Shown here: positions 16,374-28,778 of the stretch, one piece after another
Position numbering within the stretch: position 1 is the first letter of the stretch
How the letters are laid out: each line of letters opens with the position of its first letter
DNA from: the human T2T-CHM13v2.0 reference genome, Homo sapiens
Reading direction: 5' to 3' (one strand)
DNA: 64,000 nucleotides
NCBI RefSeq assembly: GCF_009914755.1
Contig: NC_060945.1
The notes under the pieces: model-generated
Databases searched by the model: none
The model's input: the letters and a program-made list of their open reading frames with translations, nothing else
What the model was told of the DNA's origin: nothing
Made by a program: the position numbers and the translations under genes

Positions 16374-16456
16374 CATTTAGGACTAGATGTTGGAATTAGA
16401 CAGAAAAAAGTTAGACACAAAAAATTGTGTCTAATTCCAACATCTAGTCCTAAATG
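16374..16456 (+). ncRNA. MIR4759: microRNA precursor hairpin MIR4759 (mature arm about 16378-16398, UAGGACUAGAUGUUGGAAUUA)
   Basis: Perfect 29-bp inverted repeat 16374-16402 / 16428-16456. Arm sequence and intronic location match my recollection of hsa-mir-4759. Confidence 0.85.
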
Positions 16457-17151
16457 TACTAAGCCAATTTCTCATACACCTAGTAATCTAGGTCAATAAT
16501 TAGGAAGCACATATTCTTTATTTTGGAAATATTTTTTAGCAATCAACTCAGTCCTCTATTTATAGATGTAGGATTTAGATGTGTTTCTTACAACAAACAA
16601 ATTAGGTAAGTGACATTTTAAAGCAAACCCTGTTGAGTGTCAGGCTTGGCTTCCTTTCCTTGCTATTAAGAACAAGACAGAAATATTTACCATAAGCCAT
16701 TGATGACCTTTGACAGGAGCCTACAATTATCACTGACAATGAAATAAAACATGTTAAATTTCTGTGCAAACTGATTAGCCCTGGATGAGCCAGTACTGTC
16801 TCCAGTAACTTCTAAGAAGGACATCTCTGCATACCAAAGTTGCCTGTGACAAATTTCATCCAGGGGTCATTTACGGATGCTTAAAAAGATAGTAAGAAGG
16901 CAGTAGCAGTAGCAAATTTCTCTTGAACTTTTAAAGGACACTGTCAGAAGAAAACATCCACCGTGTTGCTGACTTTGCCTTCCCTGTTGCTCGTATTAGT
17001 TAACCTTAAAAGTGCAGATATAAACAAATTTAATCCCCAGTGGTACATCTGAACCAGGAGAAATCTGGAATTAATTGCTAAGTATTTTGGTTCCTGTTGC
17101 AGCTGTTACAAGTGTTTGATTTGGTGAGGGAAAAGAAAAGGCGCTGCATAC

Positions 17152-17284
17152 CGATTTCGTGAGCCACAGTGAAGGCTGCGTGGAGGCCATCGTCTTCAAT
17201 CACAGCACAGCTGCGCTCTGGAGAACATATGGTCCCAACGTCTGCCATTCCCAGGGTGTCACATGAATGATGCCCACATAAATC
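17152..17284 (-). CDS. ADAMTS5: ADAMTS5 coding exon 2 ([44 protein letters not shown]+G)
   Basis: Manual translation. Acceptor tttctcctgggcAG|GAT, donor ATCG|GTATGC. 133 nt, continues the exon 1 frame. Contains H410 and E411 of the HEXXH motif. Confidence 0.98.
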
Positions 17285-19744
17285 CTGCCCAGGAGAAAGA
17301 AAGAAATCATTAAAATCAATTTACATCCAGAAGGAGCCGCCACATAGAGCCACTTGCTTACCCCAAATGGCAACAGGGATATGTTTATGGTATCACCTGT
17401 TCCTCTCTGGAAACGTTCCAAAGGCAAACTCAAGGCAGAGACTCTTCTGAACTGCTCTGGGGCCCAGAAACACAGAAGGATAATGGAACTCAATTACATT
17501 TAAAAAGATGTCTTAGGATTGTAACTTGTCTATTACAATAGCACCCGCAGCTTTAACAAAGCCGTAATGCAGATACGTCTCTGATCACTTTCCCATATGG
17601 TCATGCTTAGGAAAGTCCTAAAATTCTGATGGAAATTCATGCTAAATTTATCAAAATCTGGCCTTATAATTTGTTTTCTATTACAGGGGCAAACTGCAGC
17701 CAGACGTCTGCAGCAGAGTATAAATTTATTAGAAATTTGGATAGAAAACTAAATTTTAATTCATAATTTGAGGAAAGGTCATCTTTTACTCCCCAAATGA
17801 GCTGTAATTTCATAGGTTGTGTCTTCTGAAATCTGTACCTTCTTACTCATAACATTTAATGTAGCATTTCTCAACCTGACCAATCTGCAGAAAATATATG
17901 TCATATATTAATTGTGTATACATGAATATATGCATTTTTCTGGTAAAAAGTCATAGTTTTTCATAGATGTCATGTAATCTTTTAAGAGATTCTCAAATAG
18001 GAACATGATTCCACCCCAATAATGGTGAAAAATGATCAATTTAGATGAAAGGGACCTCAACAAGCCTCTTGAGATATGAAACATAAAGAGAAAATATAAG
18101 CCGCAACTTTTTGACATGACAGATTCATAATGATAAACTTTCCCTTTAAATGCTATTTGAGTATTAATGGACATTAGCATTTCTTGTGCTTGACCACAAT
18201 TTTCCATGAAAATTTACTAACAATGTGCTCATTTATATTCCCAAAGAGCAAGATCGTGTTTCTAGTAAGCCATAAGTTAGGAACTCTAAAAGGAAAAGTT
18301 TTAAAAATATACTAATTATTGTAAAGACAACTGTTTATTGGTTAAAATAATAAATGTTTCTATTATACAACAATCATTTTTGTATGCCCAACTTCCATAT
18401 TCTCCAGCTTATATAGTAGGAACTCAGCAAACATTTGTTTCATTGAGTTGTGACCTACAGTCAGATACATTATAGTGCTCCCACATCTTTAATATGCTGT
18501 ATGCCAGCAGGACCTCAGCAGGCTCCAGACAACCAGTACAAGGCAGTGTGACTACATAACCAGTGCTACATACTCAATGGCAACATACTCTTCTAACCCT
18601 TTGCTATTTTGCTGCATAAAAATCCTACCAAGGTGAAGAGTATTTAGAAACTCAGCTGTATTCTCTTCTCTTAACTTCATTCTCAGGTCCTTATTGTGTT
18701 CTGTTTATTATGAGTTCCCAGCTGAGATAAGTTACGGTGTGGCCACCAAGTTACTGTAGCTTTAGACACTGGAAATCTCAGCCAAGTAGCCTTGGTTAAT
18801 CATGTCACAAAACCAACAGCCTTCCAAAGTTTCCTGTATATCCTCCCATGTCATCCCATGGGATGCCAAATTACAGCTGTTGAGTACAAATCAGTAGTTT
18901 TTCAAATTGAAATTGGAACACACTTTTGCATAATAATCAGTCTTTGAGATAATAATGTAGCACAATACATTTTTAAGCCCCTCCCCCACAATCATTTCAC
19001 TATCTCTAGGACCAAAAACCTAGGTCATGCCTTAAGGGAGCTGCTAGACACTCTAGGTTATATCTGCACACATTTTTTTTAAAACAAGATTTATGTTTAT
19101 ATCGCAATTTGGGGTATTTATCTTTAAATAATAAAATCCAAGAATTACATTTTCCCTTCTTACTCTATAAATAAGCTAAGATGAAGAGCCACAGCAAAGG
19201 GAAATGACCCTCCTCTTCTCGATAGAGATTAAACTAGATTCTTAATATCTCTCTGTTTACTGCTAATCAATTGCTCATTAGAGGCCATCAACCCTCCTTG
19301 TCATCCTTGAATTGGATTAAATGCATTTGGCCTTTTGCCACGGAAATGTGACAAAATTATGAACAGAAGCACTTGTTATTTTTTTAACCACACTGATTAA
19401 ACTCCTTGACTACTCAGCCACACTATATATTTCTGTAGCTATAATTATGTAAACTGGCAACCTTTCCATTTCACTCACACAATTTCAAATCTTGGCAAAC
19501 AGTTACAGTTTCAGCCTCAAGGCTTATAATGAACATCTGAATTTCTTTGTGAACAATGTTCATTTCAATGAATTAAAACTAATGTGCGTCAAATTGTTAA
19601 GAATACAGCATCTCGCATTCATGTCTACTTTCTGTTGATGATTTCTAACAACATTTATAGGTGTAAACCTTATTTGAAGTTTATAGAATACTTTCTTAAA
19701 TTCTTAAATTCTGAGCAGGAGTAAAGATATTATTGGGGCAATAG

Positions 19745-19889
19745 TATATGTGTATATGTGTATACATATATACACATTTGCTATTATATATGTGTATGTA
19801 TACACACACATATATGTGATACACGGATATGTGTGTGTGTCTATAGATAGACGGATAGATGATAGATAGATAGATAGATAGATAGATAT
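19745..19889. repeat. Compound (TA/TG/CA)n and (TAGA)n microsatellite
   Basis: Directly visible; GATA run about 19843-19888. Confidence 0.92.
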
Positions 19890-22789
19890 AATCTAGACCT
19901 GGAAGCAGGAGATACTGGAGAGATGTGAATCACATACAATACCATGTAAGAGGTAAACGAATTAAAAGTTCTGACAAAAGCTTATCTGCTTGTTCAGTGT
20001 AGATCTGAAGGTAAGTGATTATCTTTGTCATATCAAATAAGGCTTGTTTTATGCAAGATCAATATCTTATCACTACTGTGTGGACAGTAATGCAGTGGAA
20101 GATTTAGTAAAATATGAAGGTTGCAAAGGTTGCAGAGATTTATCTAGTGGTTTTGTGGTATGGTGTTGGCCAGGATACAAGACTGAGACATTGTATCTAA
20201 CTCAGAAGTGTATTCATGGTGGTCTGCACCACCAGCAGAGATTCGATAGGAAGGTCATTGACACTGTGACCATTCACCAGGTATGACCTTTTAGGAGACT
20301 ATAAATATGGCCAAGCTTGTGATTTATCACAGAATTTTGAAGCCGTAATAATACCCAAGATCTACTGGGCACTTCTTGGGGATGGGATGGGGGACAGGGA
20401 GCCAGTAAAGGATGCTGCCTTGAGAAGCAGATGCTCAGAAGATAGTGTGAACTCTGAAAATCCCAGTGGGCAGTACTGGGTGGTGAAAATGAACCAGTCA
20501 GACCCAAATGTCCTAAGGTGGACAAATCACAGGAATCATAGGATTTCTTGTCTTGACTGAGAGATTGTTTTCACATGCAGTGCAAATACGCTGAGGGAGG
20601 GAGCCAGAGGCAACACAAATGCTGACACAGGTAGATACCATCACAGCTGCAGCCACAGCAGCTGAAATTAAGGAAGAACACCTTATATCAGAGTTAAATA
20701 ATAGCAACTTCTGTTTCTATAGATCTTACCCCTTGGTAAGGGCAAGCATGGAGCTCAAGGGAAGAGCACATACACACACACACACAAACGCATGCATATT
20801 TGTTCTGTGGATCTGATTCTTGATTCTTGAGGAGTCCTTTGCCTTTCTGGCTACCTATCCAGCAGTCCCCAATAATAGGGGTTTTAATTTTAGATTTCAG
20901 CAGAGACTACATTAATTGGAACTGTTAGGCCAACCTTTACGATGACCCATTTTATACAATCTCTATCCTTGTCTCTTGATACACCTAAGGGATACCAAAC
21001 ACACAGAGCCCAGATGGATTAGGGTCCCAGAGATCCAGACGTGTTTATTCCTAAAACAATTATTGTGTGCCTACAATCTGCCAGACACTGTGGAAGTGCT
21101 GACACTGTGGTAAATAGATGAAATAAGATCTGATCCTGAGCTTTAGGGAACATCAGGCTCTAAGGAGCAAAACAGATATGTCAAGAACAAAGCAAACTGT
21201 GACTTCCATTATGAACAGATTGTTCAGGGAGAACAGAAGAGGCATTGATGAATTCTCCTTGAGGGAATCCATAAAGGTGTCTCCACGGAAGTGAGTGGAT
21301 CTGATAGCCTGGGAGGAAGGATACTCTGGCAAGGAAGGACTAGTGGAAACATAATGGAATGGGAAAAGGCAGAGTCTTTTGGGAATGACAAGAAGTTTGT
21401 TTTGGCTGGAACACAGGATCTGTTGAGCAGAGGGCTAGCAGGGAAGCTGGAAAGAGAGTCTGGGCCCAGAGTTCCAAGTCAGGAAGCTTTCTCTGACAAA
21501 TGTGAGGTAAGAAGGGGAAGAAGAGATGGAGCAAGTTGGAGACAGGGAGCAGGGGAGTAGATGCTTGACGGAGTCATTCTGGTAAAGAGAAATGGAAGCT
21601 GGTTAGAGAGTGAATGGAAGGTAGATTGCTTTTTAATTCAATGCTGTTAGTGAGAAGCACTGTGTAAATCATTTACATGCTTTGAGACAAAGTTCCCTCA
21701 TCATTAACATCAGGAGTTTGGTCCAGGTCATCTCTAGGGTTTGTTCCAGCTACACATGTCCTGATATTAACTAAAAGCATTCCAATTTATAAAGAAATTA
21801 AAGCTCAGGGGCATTAAATGCTCCAAATCTCAAGTTTGTCCATACTGAAGCTGAAATTCAAACCTGTATCTAAACACTCAGAATCCTGAACTTACTTCAC
21901 CATGGTTTTGTTAAGTCATCACATACGTTATTCTTGACATTAATCTTATCTTTTGTATTCATAATCTACACTTGATTAAGCAAATTTCTTTCTTGCAGCA
22001 AATAAAGAATATCCTGGTTTTCTCTCTATGCTGTGTTGGAAAAACTAGATAATTTAGAGGTATACTAAATATATGAAATACACTGTGAAAGATATTCCAG
22101 AAAACAAGAAAATGGAAGCACTGGATAAGAAAACTGGTGACATCATTAACTCGCCTCCTTCTCTCACCTGTCACATCTAATTAGCCACTGTAAGTCACTG
22201 TAGTTGTCCTCTATTTCTCATTTTTTTCTACTATTATTTCCTGCCTGAATTATAACCCGAGACTTCTAACTGGTCCCTTTTCCTCCTGTAACTTCCTTAT
22301 CTATATGCTCAAGTCAGTCACCTTCTTAGAGCACAGATCTTATTAGATTCCTCCAGTCCTTCATGTCAGCCTTAGCCTGGCATTCAAAACCTGGCACACT
22401 ACAGCCTCAGTCTTTCTGTCTGCCTCCACTGTACCTTCCTGCTCCATTCTGTCCACTATTTTGTGCATATCTCATGAATATTTTGGCCTCTGAAGCTCAG
22501 CCCAAGACATTCCTTCTGCTACAAAGAATTTTTACTCACATCCACCTCTTCCTAACATTTCTTGACCCAATCTATGCCTCTCAATTCCTAATGCCACTGC
22601 TTTAGTTTAGACCACCTTGAGCCTCCTCTTGAAGATTTCTGAAACAGCCTGCTCACCCAGGATCCAGTCCACTACTTAGACCAGAAGGTTCATTTCAGAA
22701 CACACCTCTGATCATTGCTGTCTTCCTACTAATGTTCTTTTCAATGATTGCCATTGCACTTAATTTACAATTAAAACTTGTCAGCATGG

Positions 22790-23158
22790 TGGAGTAGACT
22801 GAATTGTGTCCTCTCCAAACTCATCTATTTGGAGATAGGGCCTACAAGGAGGTAAATGAGGTTAAATGAGGTCATGAGGACAGGACTCTAATCAGATAGG
22901 GTTAGTGTCCTTAGAAGAAGTGATACCCAAGAGTGTTCACTCTGTTTCTACTTGCAGGCAGTGGGAAGGCTTTGTGAGTACACAGTGAGAGGGTGGCCAT
23001 TTATAGGACAGGAAGAGAGCCCTCACTAGAAATCAAATTGGCTGGAGCCTTGGTCTTGGACTTTCTGGACTCCAGAACTGTGAGAAGACATACTTCGGTG
23101 GTTAAATCCACCCATTGTACAATATTCTGTTACGGTGGCCTGAGCAGACTAGCAGACA
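22790..23158 (+). mobile_element. MaLR solo LTR (MLT1A/B-like) within L2-like sequence
   Basis: tgaattgtgtcc...tatttggagatagggcc...gttaaatgaggtcat...tcttggacttt...ctccagaactgtgagaa...gactagcagaca. Confidence 0.8.
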
Positions 23159-26100
23159 TAGTGTATAGTTTTGTTTTTCCATAGTTGGGTTGTTATTATC
23201 TTCTCCAAACTAATCTATTACCATTTCCCATTGAACATGATGGTTTGCTGATGTCTGCAATGCCTATCTCCTCCTTACGTATCTGGCTAACTCCCACTCT
23301 TTCTTCAAAATTGAACTCAGATGGAGTGAGCAATCTTCTAATGCACTTCCATAATACCTTACAAATACATCTACTGTAAGAGCCATCATGCTGTGCAGCA
23401 ATGACCATTTCCCTGTCTGTTTCCAGGAATAGATTCTTAAGAAAGGGGCTACTTTTTAAATCTCTGAATCCCTCCTTGCCTACGAGGAGCATATTAAAGG
23501 TTTGAATAAATTAGTGATAATGCTTTTAGTTTAGAGAGCACTAGACAGGACTGTCTTCTCTGTCTGCCATTTGTTAGCTGTTAGTCTAAGAAGTTTATCT
23601 TTGTTTCTCTTCACATGAATTCTGTCAAGATAATTACACAATGGTTACAGATTGTTGAAATGATTAATTGTAAAATAGTTTGTGGCCATGGATAGTACAT
23701 AAGAAATGCTCAATAGCAGCTGGCTGAATCTAAATCCAATCTATCCATCCTTTGAGGACCAATTCAATTCTACATTTGCAATGAGACCTACAGAAAGGTC
23801 CATAGGCAGAATTAACTGTTACCTTCCTTTTCCTTTCACAGACTTTGTTTATATCTCAGTATGGGATTTATCAGAGTTTTCCTAACAGTAGTGTGATTTC
23901 CACGTGTATCTGTTTCCACTCTGCTGGGGATACGCCTAGTGGGCAGGGAGCAGGTATTTCTACCTCGCTGCCTTAAACTGCCTACATGAGTCTCACACAT
24001 AGGAGGTGCATGTAGGCAGATACTGCACAGATTTTAGATTTTTCATAATATCCCTCACAGTTTATTGTAAAAATGTTAATTAGAGCTGCTTAGTCTGCTA
24101 CCAGTCTCCCCACTTCTGAGTTATTTATCCTTTTATTGATTAGGATTGACCTATAGGCTCTGATTCCTTGACAAGGGTTCACTTTTGACTTTAAATGAGA
24201 TTTCAGCTCAAATATGTGACTGAATTAGTCCAGGCAGCAAGCCAATAAGAAAAAGCCCATCCCTCTCCCTCTTCCAAACTTCTGGTCTTCCTCTACTGCC
24301 CCCTGTTGTCAGAATCAAGCCAGGAGCCACGTGGTAAAGGAGAAATGCCGTGTGGGGAGACCCGGTCCCAGCAATCTAAGGCAGAATGTACAGAGTTTTA
24401 GCTGAGACAGTGATCTATCAACTGGCATATTGATAGTTAATGAAAGGGAATTATCTTTTTATATTGCACAATCTCTTAGTTGGTTCGATTTTAATTCAGT
24501 GTTTCAATCTATGAAAGAGTAAGGTTTTTGCTGCTTTCATGAAGGGGTGGAGGGATATTAAACAATTTCCTATTTTGTTATCAAGCAGGTAGGCTTTTGT
24601 TTCTAAAGAGCAAATGGTCTAAAAAAAACGACTGTAAGAGTTTGTCTTTGAAGAAATTATCTTGAAATAAAAGAGGACGTCCAGAACAAGGAAAGGATTC
24701 TGGAAAGCAAAGCTAAATCCTGGGGAGATTGGATTTCTACTGTTTGATGGCAGAAGTGGTGTGAATTCCAGCATTAGTGCCATTTCAGAATGAAAACAGC
24801 TTTTATGCCAGGAAATTGACTGGTGCTAACTCTCTCTAATTAGAATAGTACTGGAGTGCTGGGTACAGTCCTGACAGTGAAGTGTGATCGTTTGATAAAT
24901 GAGTTACTAGCTCTATTCTGCTGACTTCCAGATGCAACTTTCAAGGTGGCCTCAGCTAGTAAACAGAGGTAGAAAACATATCCTCGTACATTCGCTTCAT
25001 GCCTAAAAAACAAGCAATTTAGGAGAAGACATCTGGACCTAAATTTGAGCAGGACTCAGAGCCCATCAAAACATGGATTTCATAGCTTGGCGTCTGGCTG
25101 CTAAGCAACGCACTTCTTACATTCAAAACAGAGTTGTAAAAGTAGAATCTTGGTGCCAACTCTGGGTATTTCTCATTGAAAAGGAAATAGCTCTGAAAGC
25201 TTTTCTTTGGGCCTTAAGATAATCTGATTTTCATGAGATGGAAGACCTCAGATCATCTCTCCTCCAGACTTCTTTTTTTTTTTCATGCTCTGAAGTATTA
25301 GGCAAAGTTCACTTTGCATTGTGAAATACTCTCAAATGAATGCTGCATAAATGCCTTGAAATTTTTTTCAACCCCCTAATTAGTAACACTCTTTTAAATT
25401 GGGCGCATCTATTGAAAATACACATGCATTTCAAATATTTGCTTCTTGTGAAGTTAGATGTGTATACTACAGGGCCAACCACAAATGAAATTTGTTTTCC
25501 TAAAAGTATGCTTCTGCTTGGCAAGGAGACCAGAGAGGGCCCATGTGAAATATCTTCCATGTGTAGACTAGTTTGAAAAATGCATGTCCTTATAATACTG
25601 ACAAAAATTAAGATGGACCATTAATTTATTTGTCCCTTGCTTTGTATCTATTTAAAATATGCTGTTAAGTTTCAGACTTTGGAAAAATAGGGACAGTTAA
25701 CTATCCAAACAAAAAACAAATTCGGAAAAAGTAATCGACAAATCATTGAGAATCACTGAGTAGTTTCCTGTTTTCTGGGAAACAATTAGGAATGTTATGG
25801 GGCAGGAGGTAGGAAGTAACAGACCTTCTATTAATTTTTATTTATTTTAAAATTATGAAATGTGGATTTGTGTTTAAAAATGAAAGTGAACTACTAAAAT
25901 GACCCACTCCTTGGCGCAGTATGCTTACAAAAGTATTTCTTCCTCTTCCTTTAGAGAACCTCCTTCCATAAACTCTCCAAAGCCTCCTTCTTGGCATCCT
26001 CTTGTGATGTAGCAGAGCAAGGAACCCCAGACACGGAAAGTTGCTTACCAAAAAAAAAAAAAAAAAAAAAAAAAGAGCTTGGAAACCTAACAAGAAATGG

Positions 26101-27674
26101 ATAGTTTTACAGAACTTCATTTTGCAGAGAAGGCTACAAATGAATGTTCTACCGCTTCAAAGACTAATGTTGTGCAGAGGAATTAAAGGATGGCTTCCAG
26201 AAAATCACTTAATGAGGAAAAAAATGTTTTCCATTGTGCACAGCACTGCGCGCTGCTTGGCTCTCCCTAAACTGCCGCCCTCCAGCATCTTTGTTTACAT
26301 GTGGTTTACATTAATGTCCACCCTATGAACCACAAGTGTTTCTCTACTCCAAATTTATCAACACTTTTCCTTCATACCAGGGGTGCCTTAGTAAAAATAG
26401 AAGAATTAGGTAGCGAAGCTGTGTGATTCTAAAGTCTGCAATCCATCATTTAATTTCCTATCCTTGTTCTGTTTGCTTCATTTCATACCATGATTTTACA
26501 TAATACTTCAAAGTTTGTAATCCTTAATCTATTCTGGATGGGTCTCAAATACTTAAAGAATGAGCTTTAGAAGTCAATTCTTACCAGGCATTTAAGAGGC
26601 ACAACTTAAAACTGCCAATCAGAGTCGAGTTGTGACAACTGAGGCTTAGAACTATGCGCAAGCCAGGCCCCAAACCAACCCAGACTTTTTGTGTAAATGT
26701 CACACTAACGTAGTGGTCAAATACTGTGTAAATAGATACTGCGTTCCTCCCTGAGCCTCTGAGCCTTAAAGATCCATTTCTTTGCTTCCCCATAACCATC
26801 TTTCTTAAAAGGGGGAAATGCTGGGAAAACATTTCTTCCTTCTGTCTTGACTCTTCGCCCAGATCTTCTGCACTGGGGCTTCGGAAACATATTCATCCAA
26901 AACCCAAACACGCAAACGGGATGTGACCCTCCCTAGGCGGCGGAGTTGGCCTGGGCAGTGCTTGCGACGCACTGGTCGACTAAGCAAAGGAGTTGTTAAG
27001 GAACCTCACAAGTTTGTCCTCTCATCTGATTGGGTCTCTGTACCCTGCTGGCCCGCCCACATTCCTTCCTTCCCAGGAACTGAGATTCCAAGGTGGACAT
27101 GTAAGAACTCCATTAGGAATCCAACCTGGAAAAAGAGTCCTTGAGAAAGTTTTCTCATCCTCTGTGTAACAGAAGGGGTTCTAGTAAAAAGGTGTGGACA
27201 CTTACAAAAGAAGGTCATCGGATAACAGTGAGTACCGTGAGTGAACCATCCAGCCCTTTCCATTAGGTGGGACAAGGTTATATTTTATTTTCACTGGAAA
27301 GAAGAAGACCCATGATCCCAAAGGCAACTTTGTTTTCCTTCCTTTTCCCCATTTAACTGTATCATTTCCCCAAGCATCCTTGTGCCTTCTTATGTTTACG
27401 TTCCTATGCCACAACACCTCAGACTAGATGACATGCAGCACTACTGGGTCTTCATCATCACCTAAGCAAGTCTTGGCATTTAAGGCAAAAATTTCTGCGG
27501 GGCTAACGTGAATACAGGAGCAGAGTTGAAGGCTGGTTGGATTTCCTGCAAGAAGCAGTTAAACACATCCACAGCTGCAGGAGGTTTGAGGGAGAAGCAA
27601 AGCCACCAGCAAGATTCCCTTCTACCTACCTCCTGATATCAGCGCTGGGACCCCCGCATCCCGGCTGGACCTAC

Positions 27675-28778
27675 CTCCCGAGTAAACAGGATAGCTGCAT
27701 CGTAGTGCTCCTCATGGTCATCTCCCAGCTGGTTGTGTTGGTGCTGCCACTTGCAAAAGTTCTTGAGTGTGGTGGCAGCGTTCTTGCTCACTTCCAGGCT
27801 CTTGTCCTTGTCGCCTAGCACCACCACCTTCACCACGGCCAGGCGGATGTGGTTCTCGATGCTAGCATGGCTGTACAGCCTATTGGCGATGGAGGCCAGG
27901 GTCAGCAGGTAATGCTGCAGGCCCCGGCCATACAACCGCGCCATGGACGCGTCAGCCACCAGAAGCAGCTCCACCTGGCGGGCCCGGGAGATGGAGCGGC
28001 GCCGCCGCCGCCACCACGTCTGCGGTCCTGAGCCCCCAGCGGGCGAGAGAGCGGACTGGTCCAAGAGCTGCGAGGCCAGTGCTGCGCGTCCGCTCGGGTT
28101 GCTGTGCGCCGGAGCATGCTCGTGGGCCTCCGGTGTGGACGCGGGGGTTTCGCAGCTGGCGCGCGGCGGCAGGGCCTCGAAGCTGAAGCCCTCGCGGGTG
28201 TAGACGTGCAGGATCCGTGCGGACCCATCCCCGTACACGCGCCCCTTTTCTTCCTCCGCCCAGGGTCCGCGCAGCAGTGGCTTTAGGGTGTAGCGCGCGT
28301 GCTTGACCGCGAAGAAGCCGTCGAGACCCCCACAGAGGTCAAAGACAGCCAGAGAGCGGGGACTACCGTCCACTGTGCCCCGATAGAAGCAGTGGCTCCG
28401 GTGGCGCCAGGGCGCACTCGTCCCGCCTCCTGCGGGCACGAAGCCAGCAATGCCCACCGAACCATCTCGCTCCAGGTCCAAGAGGAACCTCCGGCCGCCC
28501 GCGTAGACGAGGTAGCCCACCTTGCCGCCGCCGGAGTAGAGTTGGTCGATGTTCTGCACCAGCCCCTTGCTCCTGCGCCGCTGCGCCAGGGGGTGCGGGT
28601 GGCCGGGAGGCTCGGCTCGCTCCTGCACCTCCTCCCCCTGCCGCCGGCTGGGCTGGGCGGCTGCTGCAGCAGTCGGAGGCTGCCCGGCTTTATCCTGGGC
28701 AGGTGTCGCGGCGGGGCCGACCGCGGCCAGGGGCAGGCGGAACGCGCACAGCAGCAGGGACGCCCACCCGAGCAGCAT
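27675..28778 (-). CDS. ADAMTS5: ADAMTS5 coding exon 1 (residues 1-368: signal peptide, prodomain, furin site, start of catalytic domain)
   Basis: ORF MLLGWASLLLCAFRLPLAAV...TWWRRRRRSISRARQVELLLVAD...YDAAILFTRE is recognisable as human ADAMTS5. ATG at 28778 has A at -3. Donor GAG|GTAGGT (GT at 27674-27673). 1104 nt, phase 0. Confidence 0.99.

Noticed and set aside
17200-17493. 97-aa minus-strand ORF overlapping exon 2
   Set aside because: Wrong frame relative to the exon 2 coding frame and mostly intronic.
27639-27674. C-terminal VGPAGMRGSQR of the 379-aa ORF
   Set aside because: Intron 1 read-through past the GTAGGT donor; not part of spliced ADAMTS5.
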